A stretch of DNA of 59,903 nucleotides from Bacillota bacterium (lineage in GTDB: Bacteria > Bacillota > Bacilli > Paenibacillales > JBEGSW01). Shown in pieces: positions 30,635 to 41,441 of the stretch. Under the pieces are notes generated by a model. It did no database searches, was not told the origin of the DNA, and saw only the letters and a program-made list of their open reading frames with translations. Positions within the stretch are counted from its first letter, which is position 1. Each line of letters starts with the position of its first letter. The stretch spans positions 1 through 59,903 of the forward strand of contig JBEGSW010000002.1 of NCBI GenBank assembly GCA_041179705.1. Reading direction: 5' to 3'. The translations under genes and the position numbers were made by a program.

Positions 30635-31636
30635 TTAATTCACGCCTCCTAACCATTTGGCTGCATCTTTCGCATGGTACGTGATGATTAAGTCGGCACC
30701 CGCACGTTTGAACCCAAGTAAGGTTTCAAGCACGATTGCCTTCTCATCTACCCAACCGTTCGCTGCAGCTGCTTTGACCATTGAATACTCTGCACTGACG
30801 TTGTACGCCACAATCGGAAGTTCATAGCGGTCGCGTAACATACGGATGATGTCTAAATAGGCGAGGCCTGGTTTGACCATCAAGAAATCTGCACCTTCGG
30901 CAACGTCGCTATCCGCTTCACGGATCGCTTCACGTGAGTTGGCAGGATCCATTTGGTACGTTTTTCGATCACCGAACTGTGGTGCAGAATGTGCTGCATC
31001 ACGGAACGGGCCGTAGTAAGCAGAGGCATACTTCACGCTATACGACATGATCGGCACATGGCTAAAGCCAGCCTCATCCAACCCTTCGCGAATCACTGCC
31101 ACGAATCCGTCCATCATGTTCGATGGAGCGATGATGTCGGCACCCGCTTCCGCTTGGGAGATTGCCGTACGTGTTAATAATTCTAATGACTCGTCGTTAT
31201 CGACACTGACTGTGCCATCACCATGGGTACAAAGCACGCCACAATGACCATGCGTTGTGTACTGACAGAGACATGTGTCTGCAACCACCAACAACCCAGG
31301 TGCAATCGCCTTAATGCGACGTGTCGCTTCCTGCACAATGCCATTCGCATCATAGGCGGAAGACCCGACCTCATCTTTCGCATCAGGGACACCAAATACC
31401 AACACAGCCTGAATGCCAAGTTGTTGGATTTCTTTGATTTCCGCCTCCAATAAATCGAGCGAGAAATGGTAAACACCGGGCATTGAAGGAACTTCTTCCT
31501 TCACATTTGTGCCTGACGTAAAAAATAAAGGATAAATAAAGTCAGTCACCGCGACTTGATTTTCACGAACCATATTGCGCATCGCTGCACTGCCACGAAG
31601 ACGTCGGTTACGTACAATTGGGAATGGATTCATCAT
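30635..31636 (-). CDS. hemB: porphobilinogen synthase (zinc-type)
   Basis: Cys-rich zinc site [14 protein letters not shown] and the active-site lysine context [10 protein letters not shown]. Confidence 0.95.
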   Translation of the reverse strand: MMNPFPIVRNRRLRGSAAMRNMVRENQVAVTDFIYPLFFTSGTNVKEEVPSMPGVYHFSLDLLEAEIKEIQQLGIQAVLVFGVPDAKDEVGSSAYDANGIVQEATRRIKAIAPGLLVVADTCLCQYTTHGHCGVLCTHGDGTVSVDNDESLELLTRTAISQAEAGADIIAPSNMMDGFVAVIREGLDEAGFSHVPIMSYSVKYASAYYGPFRDAAHSAPQFGDRKTYQMDPANSREAIREADSDVAEGADFLMVKPGLAYLDIIRMLRDRYELPIVAYNVSAEYSMVKAAAANGWVDEKAIVLETLLGFKRAGADLIITYHAKDAAKWLGGVN

Positions 31637-33165
31637 GATTGGCCTCCTCCTGTGATACGTGCGACAAGCGATTCAATCGTCGCTTGCTCTGCCTGATACG
31701 TTACGGTTAAACCAAGTTGCTCGACCGATTGTGCGGTGATTGGTCCAATACATGCCAATTCCACGCCCGCAAGCAATTCCTCTGGATTCGCACCTTGCTG
31801 TTCAATCAACTGCCATAAGTAAGTTACGGTCGATGAGCTCGTAAAGGTAATCATATGCAAGGACCCTTCTTGCAACAACGCTACCAATTCTTCGGCATGT
31901 TCGGTTGCTGGGACCGTTTGATAAACACTCACTTCGGTTACTTCTGCACCATGCGCGAGAAGGAGTTGCGGCAACGTCTCCGCAGCAATATCAGCACGTG
32001 GGAGCAAAACAGTGTCACCCGCATACAACTCGTCACGCAACTGTTCGAATAAACTCGCTTGGTCGAATTTGCTTGGCAGGCTTACAGGGTAGATGCCTTT
32101 CGCTTCTAGCGCTTCCGCTGTCTTCGGTCCAACTGCTGCAATCTTGCTCTGAGTTAAATCGCGTATATCAATACGTAATGCTTTCAATCGATTAAAGAAA
32201 GATTCCACGCCATTGACAGATGTAAAGAAAATCCATTTGTAGGACGGCAATTGGTGCAAGGCACGATCGAGTGCTGCCAGCGCTTCTGCTTGCGGTTCTG
32301 CGATGCGGATGACCGGTAGCTCAAGCGCTTCGCCACCCTGCTCACGAATTAAATCGCCAAGACCTGTAGCTTGTGTCGTTGCTCTTGTGATCAAAATGCG
32401 TTTGCCGAACAGCGGCATTTTCTCATACCAATTCAGCTGTTCGCGTAGGTTAACGACTTCACCAATGATGATGATCGCCGGTGGTTGGAAGTTCGCTTTC
32501 TCCACAATTTCGGAGATCGTTTCGAGCGTACCTACTAACGTTTCTTGCTCTGGACGTGTGCCCCAACGAATTAAGGCAACCGGTGTCTGCGGATCGCGAC
32601 CATGTTCCATTAATTTACTTGTAATAAATGCGAGACGGGCCACACCCATTAAGAAAATGAGCGTTTCCGATCCCGTCGCTAATTTGTCCCAATGAACAGT
32701 TGACTCTAACTTTTCAGGTTTCTCATGTCCGGTAATTATCGTAAAAGAAGTATTAAAGTCACGATGCGTAACTGGAATGCCGGCATAAGCTGGTACAGAA
32801 ATCGCTGATGTGATGCCCGGGACAATTTCGAAGTGAACGTTATTTTCTGCAAGCAAAGCAGCTTCTTCACCTACGCGACCAAAGACGCTCGGATCGCCAC
32901 CCTTAAGGCGTGTAACCACTTTTCCTTGCAACGCCAAATCAACCAGCAGCTGATTGATCTCTTCTTGTTTCATCGTATGACGATCGGGTAACTTCCCAAC
33001 ATAGATACGCTCCACACCCGGTTTCGCTGCATGCAACAAAAGCGGACTGGCTAGACGGTCATAGACAATCGCGTCACTGCGACGAATGGCTTCTAACCCT
33101 TTCACTGTCAATAAGCCTGGATCACCAGGACCCGCACCAACTAAATAAACTTTCCCAATACGCAT
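31633..33165 (-). CDS. cobA-hemD: fused uroporphyrinogen-III C-methyltransferase / uroporphyrinogen-III synthase
   Basis: The N-terminal half is SUMT-like ([18 protein letters not shown]). The C-terminal ~250 aa are HemD-like. 510 aa in total. Confidence 0.85.
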   Translation of the reverse strand: MRIGKVYLVGAGPGDPGLLTVKGLEAIRRSDAIVYDRLASPLLLHAAKPGVERIYVGKLPDRHTMKQEEINQLLVDLALQGKVVTRLKGGDPSVFGRVGEEAALLAENNVHFEIVPGITSAISVPAYAGIPVTHRDFNTSFTIITGHEKPEKLESTVHWDKLATGSETLIFLMGVARLAFITSKLMEHGRDPQTPVALIRWGTRPEQETLVGTLETISEIVEKANFQPPAIIIIGEVVNLREQLNWYEKMPLFGKRILITRATTQATGLGDLIREQGGEALELPVIRIAEPQAEALAALDRALHQLPSYKWIFFTSVNGVESFFNRLKALRIDIRDLTQSKIAAVGPKTAEALEAKGIYPVSLPSKFDQASLFEQLRDELYAGDTVLLPRADIAAETLPQLLLAHGAEVTEVSVYQTVPATEHAEELVALLQEGSLHMITFTSSSTVTYLWQLIEQQGANPEELLAGVELACIGPITAQSVEQLGLTVTYQAEQATIESLVARITGGGQS

Positions 33166-33171
33166 GATGAT

Positions 33172-34101
33172 TTACCCTCTTAACTGACTTAAAATTTGTT
33201 CCGCTCCATCGGCCTGTAGTCGTTCAGCCAATTGCTTACCCAATTGCTTTGGTTCTGAACCTTGCATGGTTGCTTTCAACAAAATGTCTCCATCTGGCGA
33301 ACCTACAATACCCGTAATATGAATCAAGTTATCTTCACCAATCGTTGCATACGCACCAATTGGCACTTGGCAACCACCGTTTATTTGCAATAAAAATGCG
33401 CGCTCTGCCTCAACAGCTCGACGCGTTAGCGCATCGTCATAAGCGGCAAGTAATCTCATAATTTCTTCATCCGATTCCCGACACTCAATGCCCAAGGAAC
33501 CTTGCCCAACAGCTGGAATACATGCTTCCTCCGAGACGTACGACGTAATCCGTTCCGCCCAACTCATCCGGTGTAAACCTGCGGCCGCTAAGACAATCGC
33601 ATCCATTCCCTCGCTATGCAACTTTTGAATCCGCGTATCAATGTTCCCACGTATCGAGACAATCTTCAAATCCGGACGTAAGTGCTGCAACTGACTACTG
33701 CGACGCAACGAACTTGTCCCGACGATTGCCCCTTGTGGCAACTGCTCGAACGACACACCCTCACGCGTAATCACGCAATCACGGGCATCCTCGCGCTTCG
33801 GAATCGCCCCCAACGTCAAGCCTTCTGGCAAAACAGACGGGACATCCTTCATACTATGCACAGCCAAATCAATCGCGCCATCGAGTAAGGCTTGCTCAAT
33901 TTCTTTCACGAACAACCCTTTACCGCCAACTTTGCTCAATGTAACATCTAGGATTTGATCGCCTTTGGTGACGATTTTCTTCACTTCAAATGTCGCAGCA
34001 ATCCCGAGTTCCTTGGCCAATCGCTGTAAATCTGCGATGACTTGCCCCGTCTGCGTTAATGCCAATGCACTTTGTCGCGAGCCGACAATGATGTTACGCA
34101 T
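33172..34101 (-). CDS. hemC: hydroxymethylbilane synthase (porphobilinogen deaminase)
   Basis: [19 protein letters not shown]-terminus. The ATG at 34101 has a GAGGGGG RBS. The ORF-track start at 34227 would overlap sirC. Confidence 0.95.
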   Translation of the reverse strand: MRNIIVGSRQSALALTQTGQVIADLQRLAKELGIAATFEVKKIVTKGDQILDVTLSKVGGKGLFVKEIEQALLDGAIDLAVHSMKDVPSVLPEGLTLGAIPKREDARDCVITREGVSFEQLPQGAIVGTSSLRRSSQLQHLRPDLKIVSIRGNIDTRIQKLHSEGMDAIVLAAAGLHRMSWAERITSYVSEEACIPAVGQGSLGIECRESDEEIMRLLAAYDDALTRRAVEAERAFLLQINGGCQVPIGAYATIGEDNLIHITGIVGSPDGDILLKATMQGSEPKQLGKQLAERLQADGAEQILSQLRG

Positions 34102-34108
34102 GCTCGTG

Positions 34109-34747
34109 TTACCCCCTCGTGATTCGTTCCCATAATTCGTCTTGCAAGGCGATGTCATCTTCGCCAAGGCGTATTTTTTCCAGTAACCCACTGTAGAGAA
34201 CGATATTCGTGCGAATACGTCGTTCATTTAAATCTTCCACGTTGGCATTTAACCACATTCTGCATTTATACAAGAATGCCGTGTATGCTTCATATTCCGG
34301 TCCATATTTTTGTTGTAGCTCGCGACTGATTTCAGAGGCCAGCACAGGGCTCGCACCACCAGTCGTAATCGCGATGTGTAAAGTACCTCGACGAAACTGT
34401 GCAGGCACAATGACATCCCCACGTCCAGATTCATCCACATTGTTTACCCATACCCCTCGTTCGCGGGCCAATGCACAAATGGATTGATTGACTGGCGTAT
34501 CATTCGTTGCAGCAAACACCAGCGAACAACCCTCAAGATCATCAGGTTCAAACGTACGCGACTGCCAAGTCAGTTGTCCTGTTGCTGCCCAATCTTGGAT
34601 TTGCTTTGTAGCTTCCGGACTGACCACGGTCAGGATGGCACCTGTCTCTAGTAAAGCACTCAGTTTCCATTCTGCTACCGGCCCAGCCCCAACCATCAAA
34701 ACAGGCTTATCCGCCAAGTCGACCATCATTGCATAATGATTTGCCAT
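34109..34747 (-). CDS. sirC: precorrin-2 dehydrogenase / sirohydrochlorin ferrochelatase (SirC / CysG N-terminal type)
   Basis: Rossmann motif [13 protein letters not shown] and a Met8p/CysG-N-like length. I prefer the ATG at 34747, just after the hemX stop. Confidence 0.75.
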   Translation of the reverse strand: MANHYAMMVDLADKPVLMVGAGPVAEWKLSALLETGAILTVVSPEATKQIQDWAATGQLTWQSRTFEPDDLEGCSLVFAATNDTPVNQSICALARERGVWVNNVDESGRGDVIVPAQFRRGTLHIAITTGGASPVLASEISRELQQKYGPEYEAYTAFLYKCRMWLNANVEDLNERRIRTNIVLYSGLLEKIRLGEDDIALQDELWERITRG

Positions 34748-34749
34748 GC

Positions 34750-35571
34750 TTACATCCAACTCCATTTGTGAAATCCAGAAAATATATTCATTGCTGAATA
34801 ATTAAGTATCACGAGCGCAAACACAATTAAATTCCAAAGGGCCAGTCGCGTCCCAAACGTTGAAAGTCGAACACCACGCCATAAGTACACGCCATAGGCT
34901 ACAAATACGACAAGCGAGCTATACACTTTCAGGTCATTCAGCATGGCTAAATGGCCACTCACAATAATCCAACCACAGCCAAGCAAGAGGGCAATACTTA
35001 ACGAAGCCCACCCGATTAATGCAAAACGGTAACTCATCTGTTCAATCCACTGCAAACTAGGTAGGCGATGAAGCAAAGTGGACCACCGTTTAGACTTCAA
35101 TCGGTTATGCATATATAAATACGCAAGCGCAAAGATAGCAGAGATGGTGAATAAAGCATATGCGCCAATCGAAAGCGCGATGTGTAGCGGCCAAATGCCA
35201 CCGGACGCTGTGAATGCAGCAAGATCGGCGTTGATGGCACTTTGTCCGGATAGACTAAATAAGAAAATACCAAATCCAAGGCCACTTAAACTGTAAAGAA
35301 ACACTTCAGCGCGGAAAAACATATAAAGGACAAGTGCAAATGTAACGAGTACCCATGAGAAAAAGAACGTTGTTTCATATCTTGTGATCACAGGTAAATC
35401 GTTGTCCATCCAGATCCGCGCGATGAAGAAACTAGCTTGCAAGATCCAGACTAGACTAAGCAGCCCCGTGCCAATCCGTCTTGCGTTCTGATTGCGTTGT
35501 AGCAAATCTGAAAGCGAGAACAGTAAGCTCAGGGCATATAAATAGAGTACAAAATTCGTTAATAGATTCAT
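34750..35571 (-). CDS. hemX: HemX / cytochrome c assembly (CcsA-like) membrane protein
   Basis: 273-aa polytopic membrane protein immediately after hemA, as hemX is in B. subtilis. Confidence 0.75.
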   Translation of the reverse strand: MNLLTNFVLYLYALSLLFSLSDLLQRNQNARRIGTGLLSLVWILQASFFIARIWMDNDLPVITRYETTFFFSWVLVTFALVLYMFFRAEVFLYSLSGLGFGIFLFSLSGQSAINADLAAFTASGGIWPLHIALSIGAYALFTISAIFALAYLYMHNRLKSKRWSTLLHRLPSLQWIEQMSYRFALIGWASLSIALLLGCGWIIVSGHLAMLNDLKVYSSLVVFVAYGVYLWRGVRLSTFGTRLALWNLIVFALVILNYSAMNIFSGFHKWSWM

Positions 35572-35589
35572 CGTATGCCTCCTGCCTCG

Positions 35590-36969
35590 CTAAATACGTG
35601 TGATTGCACGAAGACGATTTAACGCGCTACTCGCGTTAGACCCTGCGGATTGTCCTGCTGCTGCATCTTGTGCTTTTATTTTGTCATGTTCAAGCGTCGC
35701 CAATGGTTCTTCCAGAGCAAACATGGATGTAAATAAGTCCATTGCTTCTTTGCCGCGACGTTCCTGAGCCATATCTTTCACGTGGGCAATCGGATCGTGT
35801 AACAGTTGATTAACTATACTTTTCGTTAATTTGTGAATAATCTTGCGTTCACGCTCATCCAAATCAGGCAACTTATTAAATAAACTTTCTAGCGTCTCGG
35901 CATGAATATCCGTCGCTTTCTGTTGCAAAGCACGAATAATCGGTACAACTTCCAACGTCTGATACCAATGCTCAAAGGTGGTCATTTCTTCCTCGATCAT
36001 TCTCTCAATCTTCTGTGCTTCTTGTTGGCGAAGTGCTAGATTGCCAGCCACAATGCCTTGTAAATCATCGATATCATATAAGAACACATTATCGAGTTCA
36101 TTGATATGTGGATCCAAATCGCGGGGCACAGCAATATCAATTAAGAACATCGGACGCGTACGGCGCTTTTTCATCGCTTCCTGAATTTGCTCTTTCATCA
36201 CAACATAGCCATTGGACCCTGTTGAACTAATCACAATATCCACATCGGAAAGCACTTGATCCATTTGTTCCAATGTTAATGCAATCCCATTTACAGAAGC
36301 AGCAAGTGTTTGTGCGCGTTCCAACGTGCGGTTAGCCACGTAAATATAGCTCGAACCGCTTGCTTGCATATGTTTCAACGTTAATTCGCTCATTTTACCT
36401 GCGCCTACAATCAACGTCTTTTTATTCTCAAAACTACCAAAGATCCGCTTCCCTAACTCTACCGCAGCATAACTAACAGATACGGCATTTTCACTAATCG
36501 CCGTCTCCGACTGGGCACGCTTCGCCAGCGTGACTGCTTCTTTGAACAATTCATTAAACATCGTACCTGTAGCGCCATGTTGTTGCGCAGTAAGGAAAGC
36601 ATCTTTAACTTGTCCAAGAATTTGCGTCTCGCCCAGCACCATAGAATCGAGACCAGTCGTGACACGGAATAAATGTTCTACTGCATTCATATCGGTATGC
36701 ATATATAGGTGTTCTTTAAACTTGTCCACAGGTACACGGAACCAGTCTGCCATAAACGATTGAATATCGTTCGTGCAGACTTGATGTTGATCAACAACAG
36801 CATAAATTTCCGTTCGATTACAGGTAGCGACAACGACGCCTTCAAGAATGCTGCAAGATTGCTTCATCATCTTTAACGCTTCAGGCAAACGTTCTTCTTC
36901 CATTGCGAAACATTCGCGCAATTCCACTGGCGTCGTCTTATAATTTAAGCCAACTGCAACAATATGCAT
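35590..36969 (-). CDS. hemA: glutamyl-tRNA reductase
   Basis: Catalytic Cys motif VATCNRTEIY and NADPH-binding motif VGAGKMSEL. 459 aa. Confidence 0.95.
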   Translation of the reverse strand: MHIVAVGLNYKTTPVELRECFAMEEERLPEALKMMKQSCSILEGVVVATCNRTEIYAVVDQHQVCTNDIQSFMADWFRVPVDKFKEHLYMHTDMNAVEHLFRVTTGLDSMVLGETQILGQVKDAFLTAQQHGATGTMFNELFKEAVTLAKRAQSETAISENAVSVSYAAVELGKRIFGSFENKKTLIVGAGKMSELTLKHMQASGSSYIYVANRTLERAQTLAASVNGIALTLEQMDQVLSDVDIVISSTGSNGYVVMKEQIQEAMKKRRTRPMFLIDIAVPRDLDPHINELDNVFLYDIDDLQGIVAGNLALRQQEAQKIERMIEEEMTTFEHWYQTLEVVPIIRALQQKATDIHAETLESLFNKLPDLDERERKIIHKLTKSIVNQLLHDPIAHVKDMAQERRGKEAMDLFTSMFALEEPLATLEHDKIKAQDAAAGQSAGSNASSALNRLRAITRI

Positions 36970-36992
36970 CGTGTCACCACCTCTCCAAAGTC

Positions 36993-37009
36993 AATTATAT
37001 GAATTATAT
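36993..37009 (-). promoter_or_regulatory. hemA promoter -10 region with PerR/Fur-like AT-rich box
   Basis: The minus strand reads ATATAATTCATATAATT, which holds two TATAAT hexamers. It matches the PerR-box consensus TTATAATNATTATAA at 12 of 15 positions, aligned by eye. Confidence 0.35.
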
Positions 37010-37064
37010 CACATCTCTTATTTAGAATCATTTCAATCAACTGGCAAATCGTGAACATTTTGCG

Positions 37065-37098
37065 ATAAATAAAAGGCATGGGAAAATCCCCATGCCTT
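37065..37098 (-). terminator. terminator after the TetR gene
   Basis: 11-bp stem AAAGGCATGGG/CCCATGCCTTT with a 5-nt loop, followed by a T-rich tail on the minus strand. Confidence 0.7.
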
Positions 37099-37104
37099 TC
37101 ATCA

Positions 37105-37662
37105 TTAACAGCCATTTACAAACAAGTACGAAACCTTATCCGCAGTATCTCGAATAACAATTTCATCATTCATTTGTCCTGCAAAAATCATCATCTTGAA
37201 TTGATCAACCATACCCATAAATGCGAGTGCCTTAATGGGCACATCCTTTACATCGCCACTCACCAACACATCGCCAATAATCGAGACAAATTGCTTCATG
37301 AACGATTCCAGCTCAACCCACATTAACGGATCATTATGTGGACTTTGGAAAAAAAGTTGTTTGTACTTTACTTGATGATAATAATACATCAACTGATATT
37401 CAGCGATTGTTCTTAGTTGTTCAACCATACCTGTAACACCAATTAATTTTACTTGTACTTCGGAAATAAATCGCTCGAATTCGCGTGCCATAACACTGCG
37501 ATAAAGCGTCTCTTTATTAGGAAAGTATAAGTAGATTGTTCCTTTGGCTACGCCTGCCGCGGCCGCAATTTCATCCATCTTACTTTCATGGAATCCAGTC
37601 GTGCCAAAGTGTTGCAGAGCGGCATCCATCAGATGGTGCCGCTTTGCTTGCGCTTTCGGCAT
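37105..37662 (-). CDS. TetR/AcrR family transcriptional regulator
   Basis: N-terminal HTH region FHESKMDEIAAAAGVAKGTIYLYFPNKE. 185 aa. Its start overlaps the RND stop by 1 nt. Confidence 0.9.
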   Translation of the reverse strand: MPKAQAKRHHLMDAALQHFGTTGFHESKMDEIAAAAGVAKGTIYLYFPNKETLYRSVMAREFERFISEVQVKLIGVTGMVEQLRTIAEYQLMYYYHQVKYKQLFFQSPHNDPLMWVELESFMKQFVSIIGDVLVSGDVKDVPIKALAFMGMVDQFKMMIFAGQMNDEIVIRDTADKVSYLFVNGC

Positions 37663-40600
37663 TATTTCGCTGCGTTCGCTTGACGCTCAGCTTTCACTCT
37701 GCGATAGAAGAATAATTCATATATCGCAGGGATGAAGACAAGTGTCAAGATTGTCGATGTTGTTAAACCGCCAATTACAACTAATGCAAGGCCACGGGAA
37801 ATTAAACCACCTTCCGGTGTTGCAACTGCTAATGGAAGTAATGCTGCAATTGTTGCAAATGCTGTCATCAAAATTGGACGCAAACGTGTCTTTCCTGCTT
37901 CGATTAAGGATTCATCAATTAACTTGCCTGCAGCAAGATTCTGATTCACACGGTCGATGAAGACGATGGCATTTGTTACTACGATACCAACGAGCATCAA
38001 CAAGCCAATCATCGCACTGAGTGATAGTGGCTCTTTCGAGATGTATAAGCCAATCAATGAGCCGATCGGTACGAATAACAAGGATGTTAGAATAATCAAC
38101 GGCACACGTGCTTTACCGAAGAAGACAAGCATGACGATAAATACTAGCCCAATTGCTGCGCCAATCGCGACTAGAATATCTTTCAGCGTTTGTGTCGTCT
38201 CGTCACCGCCACCACCTGCTTCAAGCGAAACGCCCGCAGGCAATTTCAATTTAGCAACTGCTGCTTCAATCTCTTTCGACGTACCTGTTGTATCGTTCGT
38301 CGTAATTTGTGCCGTTACACGCGCATAAACACGTTGATCTAATTTCTGAATCGAAGTGACTGCTTTTTCTTTTTTCACATCGGCCACCTGGCTCAATAAG
38401 ACAGGACCTTTTGCAGAGAAGAGCATCAAGTTGCTGATTTCTTCCGCGTTTTGGATAGCGCGATCGTACGTTAAACGCAATTCTGTCTCAACACCATCCA
38501 ATGTCATACGACCCGCTTGTACTGGTCGCGTCACATCAGACACAACACCAAACACCATGAATGGTGATAGGCCATATGCTTTGATTTGGTCATATTTCAA
38601 TCGAACAACCCACTGGTCTTGCTTCTCAGCCATGTTGTTCTTCACATATTTCAAATCATCACGTTTCAACATCAATTGTTCCACTTGTGCTGCTGCCTTT
38701 TCTAACTTCGACAAATCACTGGAGAACAAATCGATATCGATATTATTGTTCGATGGTGGTCCGCCACCTTGTAATTCAGCTACCGTGACAACACCAGTAG
38801 GGAATTTCGCAGATACAATTCCGGTCATCATTTTGTTCATTTCTTTGATTGCATCTTCCGGATCAATCTTATCTTTGTCTAATTCGACGAAGAACTGAGC
38901 ACGGTTAGATAGTGTCGTTCCTGTTGCAAAATCATAGTTACCAATGGAGGCAAATACTTTCTTGTACTTGTCTTTTTCGGCAATTAATTTCTTTTCAACT
39001 TGCTTCGTAACCTCATCTGTCGCTTCGATTACCGTTGCAGTTGGCAAGACAATTTCAGCTTGAACGATTTTTTGCTTTTCATTTGGTAGGAAGACGAACC
39101 CTAATCCACTTGTTGCCGCAATCGAACCGAAAAATAGCGTGATTGCAATGACAATTACAACCCATTTCTTACGAAGGGCAAATCGAGCAACCTTTTCATA
39201 CCATCCAACATAAAACGGTTCTTTCTCCGCTTCATCTTTCAACTTCTTAAAGGAAAAACGTGCAAGTACCGGAATCAATGTCACGGCAACGATTAAGGAT
39301 GCAAGTAATGCAACGACAATCGTGATTGCAAATGGGTAGAAGAATGCACCCGTAATCCCGCCAACTAAAGCGAGTGGCATGAATACAACGATAGACACTA
39401 ATGTTGATGAAATGATTGGGTTGATCATTTCTTTCGTTCCTTCAATCGTCATTAATGTACGATCGGCATTTGGTTGTAAACGCATCTTACGATAGATGTT
39501 CTCAATGACGATAATACTATCGTCGACAACACGACCAACGGCAACTGCCATCCCTGCTAAACTCATAATGTTAAGTGTAATGCCGTACCAACGGATAAAG
39601 ATCGCTGCAATCAAGATCGACAAAGGAATCGAAACAACGGCAATCAATGTTGCTCGGAAGTTACGAAGGAAAATCAAAACAGCTAAAGATGCAAACAACG
39701 CACCCAATAGACCATCCTTGATTAAACCACTAACTGAAGCTTTAATACCAGCAGACTGGTCGAAGCTCAGTTCATAGTTAATCTGATCATCATATTTATT
39801 TAAGACTTCAAATACGCGGTCAGATACTTCAACCGTGTTTGCAGTTTGTTTCTTATTGATTAATAAAGAAAGAGAATTGTTTAAGTTAAATCGACTTAGT
39901 TCTTTACGATCACTGATTTCTTCTAATGTAGCCACTTGGGATAATGGCACCATTTGTTGTGTAATTGGCGAAGTAACCATCACATTCTTTAATTGTTCTT
40001 TAGTTGTTAGCGTCTGCTCTACACGAACAGGCACAATTACGTCGTCTGTTTGAACAGTTCCCGCAGGGAACGAAAACTTCGCATCAGTTAGTGCTTGTTT
40101 CACAGCAGCAGTGGAAATACCAAGCGGTGAAGATGCCGCTTTATTTAACGTAATTTGCAAGTAAGAAGTAGGCGTGCCCGAAAGTGCTACACTTTGTACC
40201 CCTTCAACTTTTTGTAAGGCAGGTTTTATCTCTTTCAAGGCAAGTTCATCAATATTCTTGCCATCCTCACCAAATACAGCAGCGATGATAATTGGGAATG
40301 CCCCGAAGGAGAAGCGATCTACTTTTACCTCCACATTATCTGGTAATGTCGCTTTGTTAGCCAAGTCATTCGCTTGTTGAACGACTTTGTCCATGTCAGT
40401 CCCAATCGGGAATGTCATTTGGATTCGTCCGACATTCTCAAGTGATTGGCTCGTTAAGTCTGTAACACCCGTCACTCCACTAAGTTGAGCCTCAAGCGGT
40501 TTTGTCACTTGCTCATCGATGTCCGGTGCAGAAGCCCCTGGATAGACTGCTGTGATGGACAGCTGTGGAAACTCAATGTCAGGCAATAAATCGGATTTCA

Positions 40601-40697
40601 GCACACTAAACGAATATCCGCCACCCGCCATTAACAATAGACAGATGATGATAATCGCAGCTGGGTTTTTCAAACTAAATCGTGTTAGAAATTGCAT
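37662..40697 (-). CDS. RND (AcrB/SwrC-like) efflux transporter permease
   Basis: 1011 aa with 12 predicted TM segments in the 1+5/1+5 RND layout and two large extracytoplasmic loops. No adjacent membrane-fusion protein gene. Confidence 0.85.
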   Translation of the reverse strand: MQFLTRFSLKNPAAIIIICLLLMAGGGYSFSVLKSDLLPDIEFPQLSITAVYPGASAPDIDEQVTKPLEAQLSGVTGVTDLTSQSLENVGRIQMTFPIGTDMDKVVQQANDLANKATLPDNVEVKVDRFSFGAFPIIIAAVFGEDGKNIDELALKEIKPALQKVEGVQSVALSGTPTSYLQITLNKAASSPLGISTAAVKQALTDAKFSFPAGTVQTDDVIVPVRVEQTLTTKEQLKNVMVTSPITQQMVPLSQVATLEEISDRKELSRFNLNNSLSLLINKKQTANTVEVSDRVFEVLNKYDDQINYELSFDQSAGIKASVSGLIKDGLLGALFASLAVLIFLRNFRATLIAVVSIPLSILIAAIFIRWYGITLNIMSLAGMAVAVGRVVDDSIIVIENIYRKMRLQPNADRTLMTIEGTKEMINPIISSTLVSIVVFMPLALVGGITGAFFYPFAITIVVALLASLIVAVTLIPVLARFSFKKLKDEAEKEPFYVGWYEKVARFALRKKWVVIVIAITLFFGSIAATSGLGFVFLPNEKQKIVQAEIVLPTATVIEATDEVTKQVEKKLIAEKDKYKKVFASIGNYDFATGTTLSNRAQFFVELDKDKIDPEDAIKEMNKMMTGIVSAKFPTGVVTVAELQGGGPPSNNNIDIDLFSSDLSKLEKAAAQVEQLMLKRDDLKYVKNNMAEKQDQWVVRLKYDQIKAYGLSPFMVFGVVSDVTRPVQAGRMTLDGVETELRLTYDRAIQNAEEISNLMLFSAKGPVLLSQVADVKKEKAVTSIQKLDQRVYARVTAQITTNDTTGTSKEIEAAVAKLKLPAGVSLEAGGGGDETTQTLKDILVAIGAAIGLVFIVMLVFFGKARVPLIILTSLLFVPIGSLIGLYISKEPLSLSAMIGLLMLVGIVVTNAIVFIDRVNQNLAAGKLIDESLIEAGKTRLRPILMTAFATIAALLPLAVATPEGGLISRGLALVVIGGLTTSTILTLVFIPAIYELFFYRRVKAERQANAAK

Positions 40698-40714
40698 GCT
40701 TTTTTCGCTCCTTT

Positions 40715-40735
40715 TGGTTAGTGACTGACTAACCA
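40715..40735. promoter_or_regulatory. candidate TetR operator (perfect 8-5-8 palindrome)
   Basis: TGGTTAGT-GACTG-ACTAACCA lies about 18 nt upstream of the RND start codon, directly 5' of its RBS. Confidence 0.55.
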
Positions 40736-40748
40736 GTCATATTTGAAA

Positions 40749-40791
40749 TAAAAAAAGAGATGTCTGATGCGTATCATCATTGTACATCTCT
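40749..40791 (-). terminator. terminator after engB
   Basis: 8-bp stem AGAGATGT/ACATCTCT with a long loop, followed by a 6-7 T run on the minus strand. Confidence 0.5.
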
Positions 40792-40811
40792 TGTATAACC
40801 TTTGTAAAGGG

Positions 40812-41441
40812 TTATTCTTCTATTGTTTGTTCGATGCCAAGAAACGTTTCTTCATTACCTGCTGTAACTTCATTAAACACTTCCCAAAGCTCATCACGCC
40901 CTAATCCCAACTCAGAAGAGAACATAATTATCTTATCCTCAGGACGCATGTTTAATACCTGTTTAATCACTTTAAAGTGCTTTTGCCATTGGCTTTTTGG
41001 CAACTTATCTGCCTTCGTCGTCACAACAACACGCGGAATATCATGATGGGTTAACCACTCATACATCATCTGATCATCTTTCGATGGCGGATGACGCATG
41101 TCGATCACACAGAGCACCAATTTCAATTGGACACGATTCAAGATGTACGATTCAACCATCTTCCCCCACGCTTCACGACGTGTCTTGGATACTTTCGCAT
41201 ACCCATAGCCCGGGAAGTCAACCATATAAAGCGCATCGTTAACGCGATAGTAGTTCAGCGTCTGCGTCTTACCTGGCTGTGAACTCGTACGTGCCAAGTT
41301 CTTGCGATTAATCATGCGATTGATCAATGACGATTTCCCTACGTTAGAGCGACCCGCCAGCGCTATCTCTGGCAAGCCGTCTTCTGGAAATTGGTCTGGA
41401 CCAACCGCACTAATAATAAATTCTGCATTATGAATAATCAT
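40812..41441 (-). CDS. engB: ribosome biogenesis GTPase EngB/YsxC
   Basis: G1 motif [18 protein letters not shown] and TKADK. Overlaps the lonA 3' end by 4 nt. Confidence 0.9.
   Translation of the reverse strand: MIIHNAEFIISAVGPDQFPEDGLPEIALAGRSNVGKSSLINRMINRKNLARTSSQPGKTQTLNYYRVNDALYMVDFPGYGYAKVSKTRREAWGKMVESYILNRVQLKLVLCVIDMRHPPSKDDQMMYEWLTHHDIPRVVVTTKADKLPKSQWQKHFKVIKQVLNMRPEDKIIMFSSELGLGRDELWEVFNEVTAGNEETFLGIEQTIEE

Noticed and set aside
33172-34227. Extended ORF-track starts for hemC (34227), murC (19679), clpP (47020), rplU (8761), hom (5305), spoIVFA (10408), asnB (49701), the ATP-grasp gene (56255) and others.
   Set aside because: In each case an internal ATG with a strong Shine-Dalgarno sequence coincides with the conserved N-terminus of the family. 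The extension would also overlap the upstream gene or a terminator.
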